A stretch of DNA of 39,203 bases from an uncultured Candidatus Saccharibacteria bacterium (GCA_964354935.1 CAYHBT010000004.1:1-39203); one strand, 5' to 3'. Positions 9,392-18,679 are shown, numbered from the stretch's first letter. Translations and numbers: made by a program. Notes: generated from the sequence alone by a model not told the origin.

Positions 9392-9886
9392 CTACTCCAA
9401 GATTTTAAATCTTTGGACGAGGGCGGTGCGGGACCAGAGGTTGCCGAAGCCGAAATATTTGCCGGAGTTGGTCGTCATTAAGATAAGCATCACTAATATG
9501 TATATGATGTGGTCGTCTATGAATGGATTATTTTCCGGTGGTAGACCGACGGCTAAATACATTAAAATTAATAGCGGAATTGCGGCTAGACTGCCGAGCC
9601 GGACGCAGATTCCCAATGTGAGAGTCGCTCCGATAAATAGCAAACCTGCCATAAACAGCCAATCGATTATCGGGAGTCCGGCGAGGCTGTGGAAAAAGTC
9701 CACGAAAGGTCCGTGCACGCCGAATTTTAGGAATCCGGTGGTAGGGGAGCCGCCCGCAAGCCAAGCTTTTTCGGCTGTGGTGGCAAAATTCAGCCCGAAT
9801 AATTTATCAAAAAACGCCCACAAAAAAATCAAACCCATACTAAGCCTTAAAATTCCTAATACTATTTTGTTTTTATTTGACTGCAT
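9392..9886 (-). CDS. DoxX/DoxD-like membrane protein
   Basis: LRLSMGLIFLWAFFDKLFGL; NPFIDDH. Confidence 0.8.
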   Translation of the reverse strand: MQSNKNKIVLGILRLSMGLIFLWAFFDKLFGLNFATTAEKAWLAGGSPTTGFLKFGVHGPFVDFFHSLAGLPIIDWLFMAGLLFIGATLTLGICVRLGSLAAIPLLILMYLAVGLPPENNPFIDDHIIYILVMLILMTTNSGKYFGFGNLWSRTALVQRFKILE

Positions 9887-9990
9887 ATTTTTATTATATC
9901 ATATTGATGAAATTTCGGTTATCCACTTTACATAAGAGAGCTATTTTCGTGTATAATGCATTAGCAGTTTCGTAATTATTTTTATCACTT

Positions 9991-10542
9991 ATGCAGGAAG
10001 AAAAACACAAAAAAAATTGGTTCAAATTTGCCATCGGCTTCGTTCTTTGCCTGATTTTTCGGCTCATTCCTTTCCGTCCGCCAAACATCGAACCAGTGCT
10101 AGCCACCCAAATGCCTTTCGCCAAGGCATACGGGAAGCTCGCCGGATTTTCTTTCGCATTTTTTGGAATGATTCTCTACGACATCGTCACTGGAAAAATA
10201 GGAATGTGGACATTTACTACTGCTACTGCCTACGGACTCCTCGGAATTTGGGCCTTTACATACTTTAAAAACAAAAAAAGCAGCCCCCTCAATTACGCCA
10301 AGTTTGCAATTATGAGCACCCTCGCCTTCGACGCCGTGACTGGGCTCTCTACCGGACCTCTCTTCTTTCAACAACCCTTTATGGGAGCTCTCCTCGGACA
10401 AATACCCTTTACCTTTTGGCATCTCGTCGGAAACATTTCTTTCGCTCTCGTCTTGTCTCCGGCAATTTACAAAATTGTGACTAAACCGAAGAAACAAGAA
10501 ACTATGACCCCCATTAATATCCTTAGCCCTAAAATAATCTAA
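9991..10542 (+). CDS. ECF-type S component, BtuM/CbrT-like putative cobalamin transporter
   Basis: About 6 TM helices, RLIPFRPPNIEP, PFxxxHxxGN; first gene of an operon with nrdJ and pduO. Confidence 0.6.
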   Translation: MQEEKHKKNWFKFAIGFVLCLIFRLIPFRPPNIEPVLATQMPFAKAYGKLAGFSFAFFGMILYDIVTGKIGMWTFTTATAYGLLGIWAFTYFKNKKSSPLNYAKFAIMSTLAFDAVTGLSTGPLFFQQPFMGALLGQIPFTFWHLVGNISFALVLSPAIYKIVTKPKKQETMTPINILSPKII

Positions 10543-10550
10543 AAAACAAA

Positions 10551-12845
10551 ATGAAAAAAACAGAAAAAATTTTAAAGAGCGAGCTGAATAAAATAAAATC
10601 TATTCGAAAGCGAAGCGGGGAAGTGGTTTCTTTTGATTTGGAAATTGTGGCACGGGCTATTTTCAAGGCTTTCGAAGTTTCCGGCGAGGGAGGTGAGGTG
10701 GAAGCGCACAAGATGGCCAACAGCGTCTTTCGCACATTGCTCGGCTTGCGGGGAGAGATAGTCGCTAGCAACAAAGATGCAAAATTCTTGCCGACGGTGG
10801 AGCTGGTGCAAGACTGCGTCGAGAAGGAATTGATGAAAAATAATTTTACCGATACCGCCAAGAAATATATCCTTTACCGCAACCGAAGATCGGAACTGCG
10901 TAAAGAATTCGGAATGGTGCCGGAAGCTATCAGACAAGCCGTCGAAGAATCGAGCAAGTATTTCGGGAGTCCGTATTCGGAATATATTTTCTACCAGTTT
11001 TATTCTAGGTGGGTGCCAGAATTAGGCCGTCGAGAGACTTGGATAGAGACGATCGACCGTTATATGGCTTATATGAAGGAGAATTTGGGCGACAAGCTCA
11101 CCACCAAGGAATACACTGAAGTTCGCGAAGCGATGCTCAATCAGGACATTTGCCCTTCGATGAGGCTTCTGTGGTCCGCTGGCAAGGCTTGCAGGCAGTC
11201 TAATGTCTGGGCATACAATTGCTCCTACATTGCGCCGACCTGTCCGCAGGATTTGGGTGAAATTATGTATATCTCGATGTGCGGAGCGGGGCTCGGTTTT
11301 GCTGTCGAATGGGAAAATGTCCAGCAATTTCCGCAGATTAAAAAACAAATAAAAGAAAAACCAACCGTTCATATTGTCAAAGACAGCAAAGAAGGCTGGG
11401 CAGATGCTTTTGTCATCGGCCTCAAGGCTTGGTTTGACGGTAAAGACATAAAATTCGATTATTCTATGATTAGACCGGCCGGCGCGCGCCTCGAAACTGC
11501 CGGAGGTAGAGCTTCCGGACCTCAGCCACTGATGGACTTGATGGAATTTGCCCGAAGAAAAATTTTGGCAAAGCAAGGACGCCGTCTTTCCAATTTGGAT
11601 ATGCACGATATTATTTGCCAAATCGGAATGATTGTCGTCGCCGGAGGAGTCAGGCGTAGCGCTCTCATCTCTATGTCTGAATTGGAAGATGTGGAAATGA
11701 GAGATGCAAAAAAAGGTCAATTTTATTTGACAGAAGGACAGCGCAGTATGGCAAACAATTCCGCAGTCTACAATTCCAAGCCTTCCGCCGAAGAATTCTT
11801 AGACGAGTGGACGGCTTTGGTGAAATCTAAATCCGGCGAACGCGGAATTTTCAACCGAGGCGGACTGGAGAAACAGTTGCCGGCGCGAAGATGGGCGGCT
11901 ATCAAAGATGAAAGACAAATCGGGCTCAATCCTTGCGGCGAGATTTATTTGCGCTCCAAACAATTCTGCAACTTGACCAGCATCGTGATTCGTCCGAAAG
12001 ACACGGTGGAGACTTTGAAAAGAAAAATGGAATTGGCGACCTTGCTCGGCACCTATCAGTCCACTCTGACCAACTTTGGCTACCTTTCAAAAAAATGGAA
12101 AGAAAATTGCGAGGAAGAAAGATTGCTCGGCGTATCGCTCACCGGCTACTACGACAATCCAATCATTCGCGATGACAAAATGCTCGACACCTTAAAGGCG
12201 GATTCTATCGAGACAAACAAAAAATATGCAAAGCGTTTTGGCATCAATGCTTCGACCGCCATCACTTGTGTGAAGCCTCACGGCAATTCCGGACAGCTCC
12301 TCGGTGTCGGCTCCGGTATGCACCCTTGGTATGCTCCATACTTTATTCGCCGAGTGCGCATCTCCCATACCGACACGCTTCTCAAAATGGCTCGCGACCA
12401 AGGAGTGCCTACATTGCCGGAAGTCGGTCAGTCGGAAAATACCGCTACCACTTTTGTTCTAGAATTTCCGGTCAAGGCGCCGCAAGGGGCGATTTTCAAA
12501 GATGAAGTCTCCGCCCTTGATTTGATGAAGGAATGGAAGAGGCTCAAGGAGCATTTCGTGGAACACAATCCGTCGGCGACTATCTATGTCGGCCCCGACG
12601 AGTGGATGGCAGTTGGTAATTTCGTCTACGAAAACTGGGATTGGATCGGCGGACTTTCCTTCCTTCCTAGATCCGAACATGTGTACCAGCTCGCTCCTTA
12701 TGAAGCAATTACCAAAGAAGAATACGAGAGGCGCGCTAAAGCAATCGGCAAAATAGATTTCTCTAAGCTTTCTCAATACGAAGCCGCCGACAACACAACC
12801 GGCGCCAAAGAGTTTGCTTGTGTGTCCGGACTCTGCGAAGTATAA
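10551..12845 (+). CDS. nrdJ: Class II (adenosylcobalamin-dependent) ribonucleotide reductase with N-terminal ATP cone
   Basis: ATP cone (IRKRSGEVVSFD), PSMR, YNCSY, GGVRRSALI, NPCGEI, TCVKP, C-terminal ACVSGLCEV; no NrdB or NrdG nearby. Confidence 0.9.
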   Translation: MKKTEKILKSELNKIKSIRKRSGEVVSFDLEIVARAIFKAFEVSGEGGEVEAHKMANSVFRTLLGLRGEIVASNKDAKFLPTVELVQDCVEKELMKNNFTDTAKKYILYRNRRSELRKEFGMVPEAIRQAVEESSKYFGSPYSEYIFYQFYSRWVPELGRRETWIETIDRYMAYMKENLGDKLTTKEYTEVREAMLNQDICPSMRLLWSAGKACRQSNVWAYNCSYIAPTCPQDLGEIMYISMCGAGLGFAVEWENVQQFPQIKKQIKEKPTVHIVKDSKEGWADAFVIGLKAWFDGKDIKFDYSMIRPAGARLETAGGRASGPQPLMDLMEFARRKILAKQGRRLSNLDMHDIICQIGMIVVAGGVRRSALISMSELEDVEMRDAKKGQFYLTEGQRSMANNSAVYNSKPSAEEFLDEWTALVKSKSGERGIFNRGGLEKQLPARRWAAIKDERQIGLNPCGEIYLRSKQFCNLTSIVIRPKDTVETLKRKMELATLLGTYQSTLTNFGYLSKKWKENCEEERLLGVSLTGYYDNPIIRDDKMLDTLKADSIETNKKYAKRFGINASTAITCVKPHGNSGQLLGVGSGMHPWYAPYFIRRVRISHTDTLLKMARDQGVPTLPEVGQSENTATTFVLEFPVKAPQGAIFKDEVSALDLMKEWKRLKEHFVEHNPSATIYVGPDEWMAVGNFVYENWDWIGGLSFLPRSEHVYQLAPYEAITKEEYERRAKAIGKIDFSKLSQYEAADNTTGAKEFACVSGLCEV

Positions 12846-12852
12846 TTTTCTT

Positions 12853-13410
12853 ATGCTCTACACTAGAAAAGGGGATACGGGGACGACCAAAACATTTGGT
12901 TGTGACCAGAGAGTGTCTAAAAGCTCGAGTATCGCCGAGGCTCTCGGCTCGCTTGATGAAATAAATTCTTTTCTCGGATTGATAAAAATAAAAGCGGATG
13001 GCTTGTCTTTGAAATTGTCCGCCACCGAAATTATTTTTTCGGAAGCGGTCGGACGGATCCAGCAAGACCTTTTCATCATTCAAGCTGAGCTCGCCGGTGC
13101 GCCGAAAACAATTGCTCAAAACAAAGTCTTTTGGTTGGAAGAAATTATTGATGGTATCGAGAAGAAACTTCCGCCGATAAAAACATTTTTTGTCTCCGGA
13201 GGGGTGGAGCTGGCTGCGCTTTCTGATATCGCCCGCACTATCGCTCGCCGAGCTGAGAGGCGGGTCGTCGGAGTCGTCGAAGAAGGGAAAACGACGGTCG
13301 GCAAGGACACGCTCGCATATCTCAATCGTCTTTCGAGCGTCTTGTACGCTTTTGCTCGCATTTTCAATCATCAAGCCAATGTGATAGAAGAAGCTCCACG
13401 ATATAATTAG
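12853..13410 (+). CDS. pduO: ATP:cob(I)alamin adenosyltransferase, PduO type
   Basis: LYTRKGDTGTT, GSLDEINS, RTIARRAERR, YLNRLS. Confidence 0.92.
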   Translation: MLYTRKGDTGTTKTFGCDQRVSKSSSIAEALGSLDEINSFLGLIKIKADGLSLKLSATEIIFSEAVGRIQQDLFIIQAELAGAPKTIAQNKVFWLEEIIDGIEKKLPPIKTFFVSGGVELAALSDIARTIARRAERRVVGVVEEGKTTVGKDTLAYLNRLSSVLYAFARIFNHQANVIEEAPRYN

Positions 13411-13414
13411 TTAT

Positions 13415-13548
13415 CCCCCACACCTTTCTTGGTATAATTCTGCTTTTTCAAAAAATAAAAACAAAAATAACAATATTTATCTAAAAGCCATTCTTCTTTA
13501 CTATCTTTATTGGCAGAATAAAAAGTAATACCAAGAAAGGTGTGGGGG
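13415..13548. mobile_element. MITE-like element, 134 bp
   Basis: Perfect 21-bp terminal inverted repeats CCCCCACACCTTTCTTGGTAT, flanked by TTAT on both sides. Confidence 0.6.
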
Positions 13549-13611
13549 TTATCCACATTTGCGACTTTTGACAGGAGGTATATGATATAGAGGTGTTCAA
13601 CAATTAAATAG

Positions 13612-13704
13612 TTTCATATTTGGGGAAGCGAGGTGTAAATCCTCCACAGTGCCGCTACGGTAAGCTCGATTTTAATCGGGCAAGTCCGAATACCAATTAT
13701 GAAG
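13612..13704 (+). promoter_or_regulatory. Cobalamin riboswitch aptamer (compact type)
   Basis: GGGAAgcgaGGTGtAAATCCtcCACaGtgCCGCtACgGTAA...AAGTCCGAATAC core, closed by TTTCATATTTGG/CCAATTATGAAG; located in a B12 gene cluster. Confidence 0.85.
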
Positions 13705-13740
13705 TAAGTCCCGAGCAGGAAAACCTTCTTTTTTGAAGCC

Positions 13741-13769
13741 AAAAATTCTGCCCGAGCAGAATTTTTTTT
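13741..13769 (+). terminator. Riboswitch expression-platform terminator
   Basis: AAAAATTCTGC-CCGA-GCAGAATTTTT followed by a T-run, immediately before ATG 13776. Confidence 0.75.
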
Positions 13770-13775
13770 GTTTAT

Positions 13776-14204
13776 ATGTTTAAAAATAAAAAAATCATTT
13801 TAATAATTTTGTTATCCTTGGGTATTTCGGGGTTATTCGTTTTTCCACCAAAAAAAATACCCCCACCCGACCTTCCCCTTATTAAGGGGGAGGAGCAAGG
13901 AGGGGGTCAATTTATCAAGACAGTTTTAGAAATAAATGGCGTCGAGTACAAAGGGGAAATTGCGGGGGTGGAGAGCGTTTACGAATTGATGGAAAAAATG
14001 CAAAGAGAAGGGAAGATAAGTTTTACTAAAAAGAATTACGCGGGAATGGGGCAATTTATCGAGACCATCAATGGCATCAAAGGCGGAGGAGGCAAGAGCT
14101 GGATTTATTATGTGAATAACAAAAAAGCGAGCGTCGGAGTTTCAAATTATAAGATAAAAGAGGGTGATGTCGTCTCTTGGAAATTAGAAAAGATATTTAA
14201 TTAA
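13776..14204 (+). CDS. Membrane-anchored DUF4430 (transcobalamin C-terminal-like) protein
   Basis: N-terminal TM; GQFIETINGI...WIYYVNNKKASVGVSNYKIKEGDVVSW. Confidence 0.8.
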   Translation: MFKNKKIILIILLSLGISGLFVFPPKKIPPPDLPLIKGEEQGGGQFIKTVLEINGVEYKGEIAGVESVYELMEKMQREGKISFTKKNYAGMGQFIETINGIKGGGGKSWIYYVNNKKASVGVSNYKIKEGDVVSWKLEKIFN

Positions 14205-14210
14205 AAAATT

Positions 14211-16028
14211 ATGAAAAAAAGAATTTTATTGATGGGTTTGCTAAGCGCTGTCTGTTTTGGTTTTTTTAATATTGCTTCCGCAGATACGACTATTCGTCTC
14301 AGTATCGAGACGGCTTCCGGTTCGCTTTATGATCAGGAAATCAATGTCGCGCCTTGCGACAGCGATAATGCGGGCACGATGTCTATCACCGCATATTGCG
14401 CTGTTTTGCAATCAGGTGTCGCGAATAATTGGAGCTGGTATGGCACGGACGCTTTTCTGAATTCTCTCGGCGGAGCCGCCAACGATTTTACCAATAATAT
14501 TTATTGGGGCTGGTTTCACGATTTGGTTTACGGAGATACTGCGATGAGCGCTTATACGCTTTCTTCCGGAGAAAATATTTTGCTTAATTTTGATATCAAT
14601 CCGCTCAAGCTCACGGTTTCCGATTCTAATCCGTCGGAACATTCGACCGTCGTCCTCACACTATCGGAATTTTCTTTGGACGAAAGTTTCAATCCAATTT
14701 GGAATCCGGCGGTTGGCGGATCAGTCGATATAAATGGCACCGTCTATCCGGTAGAAAACGATGGCACTTATTCTCTGACACTGAATTCGACGGACCCTTT
14801 TGTAATTTCCGGAACCAAAACCGGCTTCATCAATAGCGTTGTGCTCACTCTGAATCCGACTCGCGCTGTTGGTGGCGGAGGAGGCAAAGTGTCTCCATAT
14901 ACGCCTTCTTCGGTCGAAGTGGAAAAAGAAAAAGCGATAGAAATAGAAAAAGAAAAAGTGCCAGAAGTGGAAAAAATCGTCGGTTTTGACACAAAAAAAG
15001 CTTTCGATTTTCTGATTTCACAACAAAAGGAAAATGGATCTTTTGGGCAAGATTTATACACCGACTGGATCGCGCTCGCGCTCGCGTCGATGGAAAATCA
15101 AAATCAAAAAATACAATCCGTGATAAGTCTCGTCAGATATTTTGGAGAATTAAAAATTGCCGATATGTCTTTGACCAACCTAGAAAGGCATACGATGGCG
15201 CTCCTCGCGCTCGGACTCAATCCATACAGCACGAATGGAGAAAATTATATCCAAAAAATAGCCGACGCTTTCGATGGCAAGCAATTTGGCGATGTGAACG
15301 AAGACAATGACGACATTTTCGCTTTGATCGTGCTCTCGAATGCCGGATATTCCAAAGATGAAGACATAATAAAAAATACGATTGCATATATTTTATCCAG
15401 ACAGGGGGAGAACGGATCTTGGGACGAGTCTGTCGATATGACCGGCGCAGGGATACAGGCGCTCTCGATTTTCCACCAAGATGAGCAAATAAAAAACGCG
15501 CTTGCAAAAGCTAAAGAATTTTTAAAACAAAATCAAAAAGAAGATGGGGGATGGGGGAACGCGTCTTCGACCGCTTGGGCGATAGGGGGTATTTTGGCTT
15601 TGACCGAAAAGCCAGAAGATTGGATTAAAAAATCAGCGGATAATTTGATTGAAAATACTCCTTTGGACTTTTTAACCAAGAATCAAGACACGGATGGTGG
15701 AATAAAAAACGAAGCTATGCAAAATAAAATTTGGGAGACTGCCTACGCTCTCTCTGCCTTATCCGGTAAGCCGTGGAATCAAATAATGCAGAAATTTGAT
15801 AAGCCTGAATTGCCAAAAATAGTTGAAATTCAAGCGAAAAAAGAAGTTGTAAAAAAACAGGAAGTTAAAAAACAGGAAGTTAAAAAATCAAGAAATTTAA
15901 CTGTGGTACAAAATGTGGCGACTCCAATTGCAGCCATCGCTGATATTTCAGTCAAAGAAAAAACACCGGAACCCGCAAAAAATAAAAATTGGTTTGTGAG
16001 ATTTTGGGAAAGTGTTTTAGGTTTTTAG
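14211..16028 (+). CDS. Exported protein with a DUF4430-like beta domain and a prenyltransferase/squalene-cyclase-like alpha/alpha barrel
   Basis: Signal peptide; FLNSLGG..YWGWF..AMSAY.L..GENI; repeats QQKENGSFG, RQGENGSW, NQKEDGGWG, NQDTDGG. Confidence 0.7.
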   Translation: MKKRILLMGLLSAVCFGFFNIASADTTIRLSIETASGSLYDQEINVAPCDSDNAGTMSITAYCAVLQSGVANNWSWYGTDAFLNSLGGAANDFTNNIYWGWFHDLVYGDTAMSAYTLSSGENILLNFDINPLKLTVSDSNPSEHSTVVLTLSEFSLDESFNPIWNPAVGGSVDINGTVYPVENDGTYSLTLNSTDPFVISGTKTGFINSVVLTLNPTRAVGGGGGKVSPYTPSSVEVEKEKAIEIEKEKVPEVEKIVGFDTKKAFDFLISQQKENGSFGQDLYTDWIALALASMENQNQKIQSVISLVRYFGELKIADMSLTNLERHTMALLALGLNPYSTNGENYIQKIADAFDGKQFGDVNEDNDDIFALIVLSNAGYSKDEDIIKNTIAYILSRQGENGSWDESVDMTGAGIQALSIFHQDEQIKNALAKAKEFLKQNQKEDGGWGNASSTAWAIGGILALTEKPEDWIKKSADNLIENTPLDFLTKNQDTDGGIKNEAMQNKIWETAYALSALSGKPWNQIMQKFDKPELPKIVEIQAKKEVVKKQEVKKQEVKKSRNLTVVQNVATPIAAIADISVKEKTPEPAKNKNWFVRFWESVLGF

Positions 16029-16029
16029 C

Positions 16030-18360
16030 TTATTCAAAGTGGAATTCTGAAACTTTTTGTTTTACTTTAGATTTTAGCAGGGGATATTTAGAGAGCTCTG
16101 GATCTAGTGCAATCAGACGAGTGGCTTCGGCGCGGGCGGCTTCCACCATTTTGATATTTTTTATTGCTTCCATTCCTAGATCAGTGATGCCCCATTGCTT
16201 GGTGCCGCCGAGCTCTCCTGCGCCACGGAGGGTGAGATCGAGTTCTGCTAATTCAAAACCATTTTTTGCGGTCTTCAGCGCTTTTAGTCTAGCGATCGTC
16301 TTTTCACTTTTGGCGTCAGCAAAAATATAACAATAAGCCTGATGTGTGCTTCTGATTACGCGCCCGCGGAGTTGGTGAAGTTGCGCTAGTCCGAATCTTT
16401 CTGCTCCTTCGATGATTATGATGGTGGCGTTTGGGACATTGACGCCGACTTCCACTACCGATGTCGCACAAAGGATATGAATCTTGCCTTCGCTAAAATT
16501 CTGCATTACTTCTTCCTTTTTCTCTTTGCTCATTTTGCTATGCAAAATGCCTATTTCATATTCTCTAAATACTTCTTTTTTTAATCTTTTGGCTTCTGTC
16601 GTGACTGCTTTCATTTCCAGTTTCGCTCCGGCAGAATCTTTGAGAAGCTTCGACTGCCCAAATTTTTGCCCCCTGCGCCCTTCTTCGGGCGCTACGGGCT
16701 CAAAGCGGGACCCTCGGGGATCAAAAATTTGGGCAGTCTTTGCTTCTTCCTCCGCTTCGAAAATTCTCGGACAGATTACATACATCTGCCGTCCATTTTC
16801 TAATTCTTTTCTTATTACTTCGTAAGTTTCTTCGCGTTTATTTGGCGTTATTATTTCCGTAATTATTTGCTTTCTTCCGGCGGGCATTTCATCGAGAAGA
16901 GAAAGATCTAGGTCGCCATAGATTGTTAAGGCAAGGGTGCGGGGGATAGGAGTCGCCGTCATAGACAAGAGATGCGGGGCGACGCCGTCTTTGCGGACGA
17001 GTTTTCTACGCTGGGAAGTTCCAAATCTGTGCTGTTCATCAATCACAACCAACGCCAAATTTTTGAATTTTACGGTTTTTTGAATGAGAGCGTGCGTGCC
17101 AATCAATATCGGTATTTCGCCATTTGCTACCCATTTGAGAAGCTGGGCGCGGGAGATATCTGTCCAATCAGCGGGGTCTGTCTTTGAGGGAAATTTTCTG
17201 CAACCGCTTCCGGTGATTAATCCAACATTTATTGGCAAATGTTTAAAATACTGTATGAAAGATTCAAAATGCTGAGTGGCGAGGATTTCGGTGGGAGCCA
17301 TATATGCCACTTGTAAGTTGCCAAAACTTTGTCCATTTGGTCTTTGTTGTACTGTCACATAACTCGCCGTCGCCGCTACCGCTGTTTTTCCGCTTCCGAC
17401 ATCGCCTTCGAGCAGGCGAGACATGGGAAAATTTCTTGCCATGTCTTCCAAAATAGTCTCGATAGATTTTGTTTGGGAATTGGTAGCAGTAAACGGAAAT
17501 CTTTTTAGAAATTCCGCCGTACTTTTCTCATCTTTTTTTATCTGGAAAGATTTATTTTTCCTATATTCAAATTTGTCGTGCTGGCGTTCAAGCTGAATGC
17601 AAAATACTTCTTCAAAAGCGAATCTTTTGCGCGCGGACTCCGCATCATTTTTGTTTTTTGGCTTATGGATCCATATGAGAGATGTTTTGAGTGTCGGCAA
17701 ATTATATTTTTTCAGAATATCTGCCGGAATATAATCTTCTATTTTATCTAAAGTTTTTTCCCGCAGTATTTTTTCTATGGCGTGATAAAACCACTTGCTG
17801 GTAATCCCGCGTGTTTCGGCGTAGATAGGGTAAGAGAGACCACTCCCTACCCCCTCCTTATCAAGGAGGGGAGGAACCCTCTCCCCCTGCGAAGGGGGAG
17901 AGCCCGTAGGGCGAGGGGGTCTAAACAATGTTTCATGCGCATCTATCGGCATATCCATCATTTTTTCAAATTCCGGATTGGCTAAATATTTTCCGCTTTT
18001 GCTTTCTGTGACTTTGCCGGTCAATTTCACGCTGTCGCCCTCGTGTATCATTTTTGCCAAATACGCTTGGTTGTACCAGATGATTTTTATTTTTCCGGAA
18101 AGGTCTTCTATCGTACCTTCCGCCATCGGTATTTTTGAGCGCCAGCCTTTTTTGGTTTTTAAATTTGAAACTTTTCCATAAACGGTCGCCATATCTCCGG
18201 CCACCAATTCGGCAATTTTCTTTACTTCGCTGATATCGCTATACCGGATAGGGAAGTGAAAAAGCAAATCCGCCACAGAGAAAAGCTTAAGCTTATGCAA
18301 AGCCCTTTTTTGATTCACATCCAGCCTGAACTTTTCTTCTAATTTGTCGTGAAGTTCCAT
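16030..18360 (-). CDS. recG: ATP-dependent DNA helicase RecG
   Basis: RLLEGDVGSGKT, DEQHRFG, MTATPIPRTL, QLHQLRGRV; carries two in-frame palindromic insertions. Confidence 0.97.
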   Translation of the reverse strand: MELHDKLEEKFRLDVNQKRALHKLKLFSVADLLFHFPIRYSDISEVKKIAELVAGDMATVYGKVSNLKTKKGWRSKIPMAEGTIEDLSGKIKIIWYNQAYLAKMIHEGDSVKLTGKVTESKSGKYLANPEFEKMMDMPIDAHETLFRPPRPTGSPPSQGERVPPLLDKEGVGSGLSYPIYAETRGITSKWFYHAIEKILREKTLDKIEDYIPADILKKYNLPTLKTSLIWIHKPKNKNDAESARKRFAFEEVFCIQLERQHDKFEYRKNKSFQIKKDEKSTAEFLKRFPFTATNSQTKSIETILEDMARNFPMSRLLEGDVGSGKTAVAATASYVTVQQRPNGQSFGNLQVAYMAPTEILATQHFESFIQYFKHLPINVGLITGSGCRKFPSKTDPADWTDISRAQLLKWVANGEIPILIGTHALIQKTVKFKNLALVVIDEQHRFGTSQRRKLVRKDGVAPHLLSMTATPIPRTLALTIYGDLDLSLLDEMPAGRKQIITEIITPNKREETYEVIRKELENGRQMYVICPRIFEAEEEAKTAQIFDPRGSRFEPVAPEEGRRGQKFGQSKLLKDSAGAKLEMKAVTTEAKRLKKEVFREYEIGILHSKMSKEKKEEVMQNFSEGKIHILCATSVVEVGVNVPNATIIIIEGAERFGLAQLHQLRGRVIRSTHQAYCYIFADAKSEKTIARLKALKTAKNGFELAELDLTLRGAGELGGTKQWGITDLGMEAIKNIKMVEAARAEATRLIALDPELSKYPLLKSKVKQKVSEFHFE
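16652..16738. repeat. In-frame 87-bp hairpin element inside recG
   Basis: 17-bp inverted repeat GACTGCCCAAATTTTTG/CAAAAATTTGGGCAGTC with an internal GCGCCC/GGGCGC hairpin. Confidence 0.75.
17837..17922. repeat. Multi-hairpin palindromic element inside recG
   Basis: CCCCTCCTT-ATC-AAGGAGGGG and CTCTCCCCCT-GCGA-AGGGGGAGAG; related copies at 13871-13893 and 38474-38496. Confidence 0.75.
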
Positions 18361-18480
18361 CCCGTACGAAATAGGAAATCTTTAGATTTCCGTAATTAAT
18401 TTAATAATAACGACTATAACAAACTAATCTAAATATAATACTTTCCTTTAATTTAATAAACTGCATGATTTCGTACGGGA
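18361..18480. mobile_element. MITE-like element at the recG start
   Basis: Inverted ends CCCGTACGAAAT/ATTTCGTACGGG; TCCAT direct repeat at 18356-18360 and 18481-18485. Confidence 0.6.
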
Positions 18481-18566
18481 TCCATACCCGAATTATATGG
18501 TTTTTCTATAATCTAAGCTACTTAAACTCTGTGGTGATTCCAAGCTATTGGGATATTACGGAGAAG

Positions 18567-18595
18567 TTGACAGAAATAGCTTTTGGGTGTATAAT
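18567..18595 (+). promoter_or_regulatory. Consensus sigma70 promoter of the DGR target gene
   Basis: TTGACA-N17-TATAAT. Confidence 0.8.
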
Positions 18596-18679
18596 ATACA
18601 GTTAGTTTTGTACATTGATAAAACTTGCGAGTTCGCCATAGCTTTTAGCGTGCAAAATAAATTTTGTAAATTAAAAGCT

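Noticed and set aside
9426-9935. Long antisense or alternate-frame ORFs (also 10099-10497, 11022-11720, 12763-13374, 19028-19417 and others)
   Set aside because: They shadow well-supported genes and have no motifs.
15850-15885. 15-bp tandem repeat (KKQEV twice)
   Set aside because: Ordinary low-complexity linker duplication.
14211-16028. Squalene-hopene cyclase or terpene biosynthesis
   Set aside because: The protein is exported, has a single barrel, and sits under a cobalamin riboswitch; a binding role fits better despite an acidic DNDD stretch.
18548-18679. N-terminal extension of the DGR target
   Set aside because: It spans the consensus promoter, so it cannot be in that transcript.
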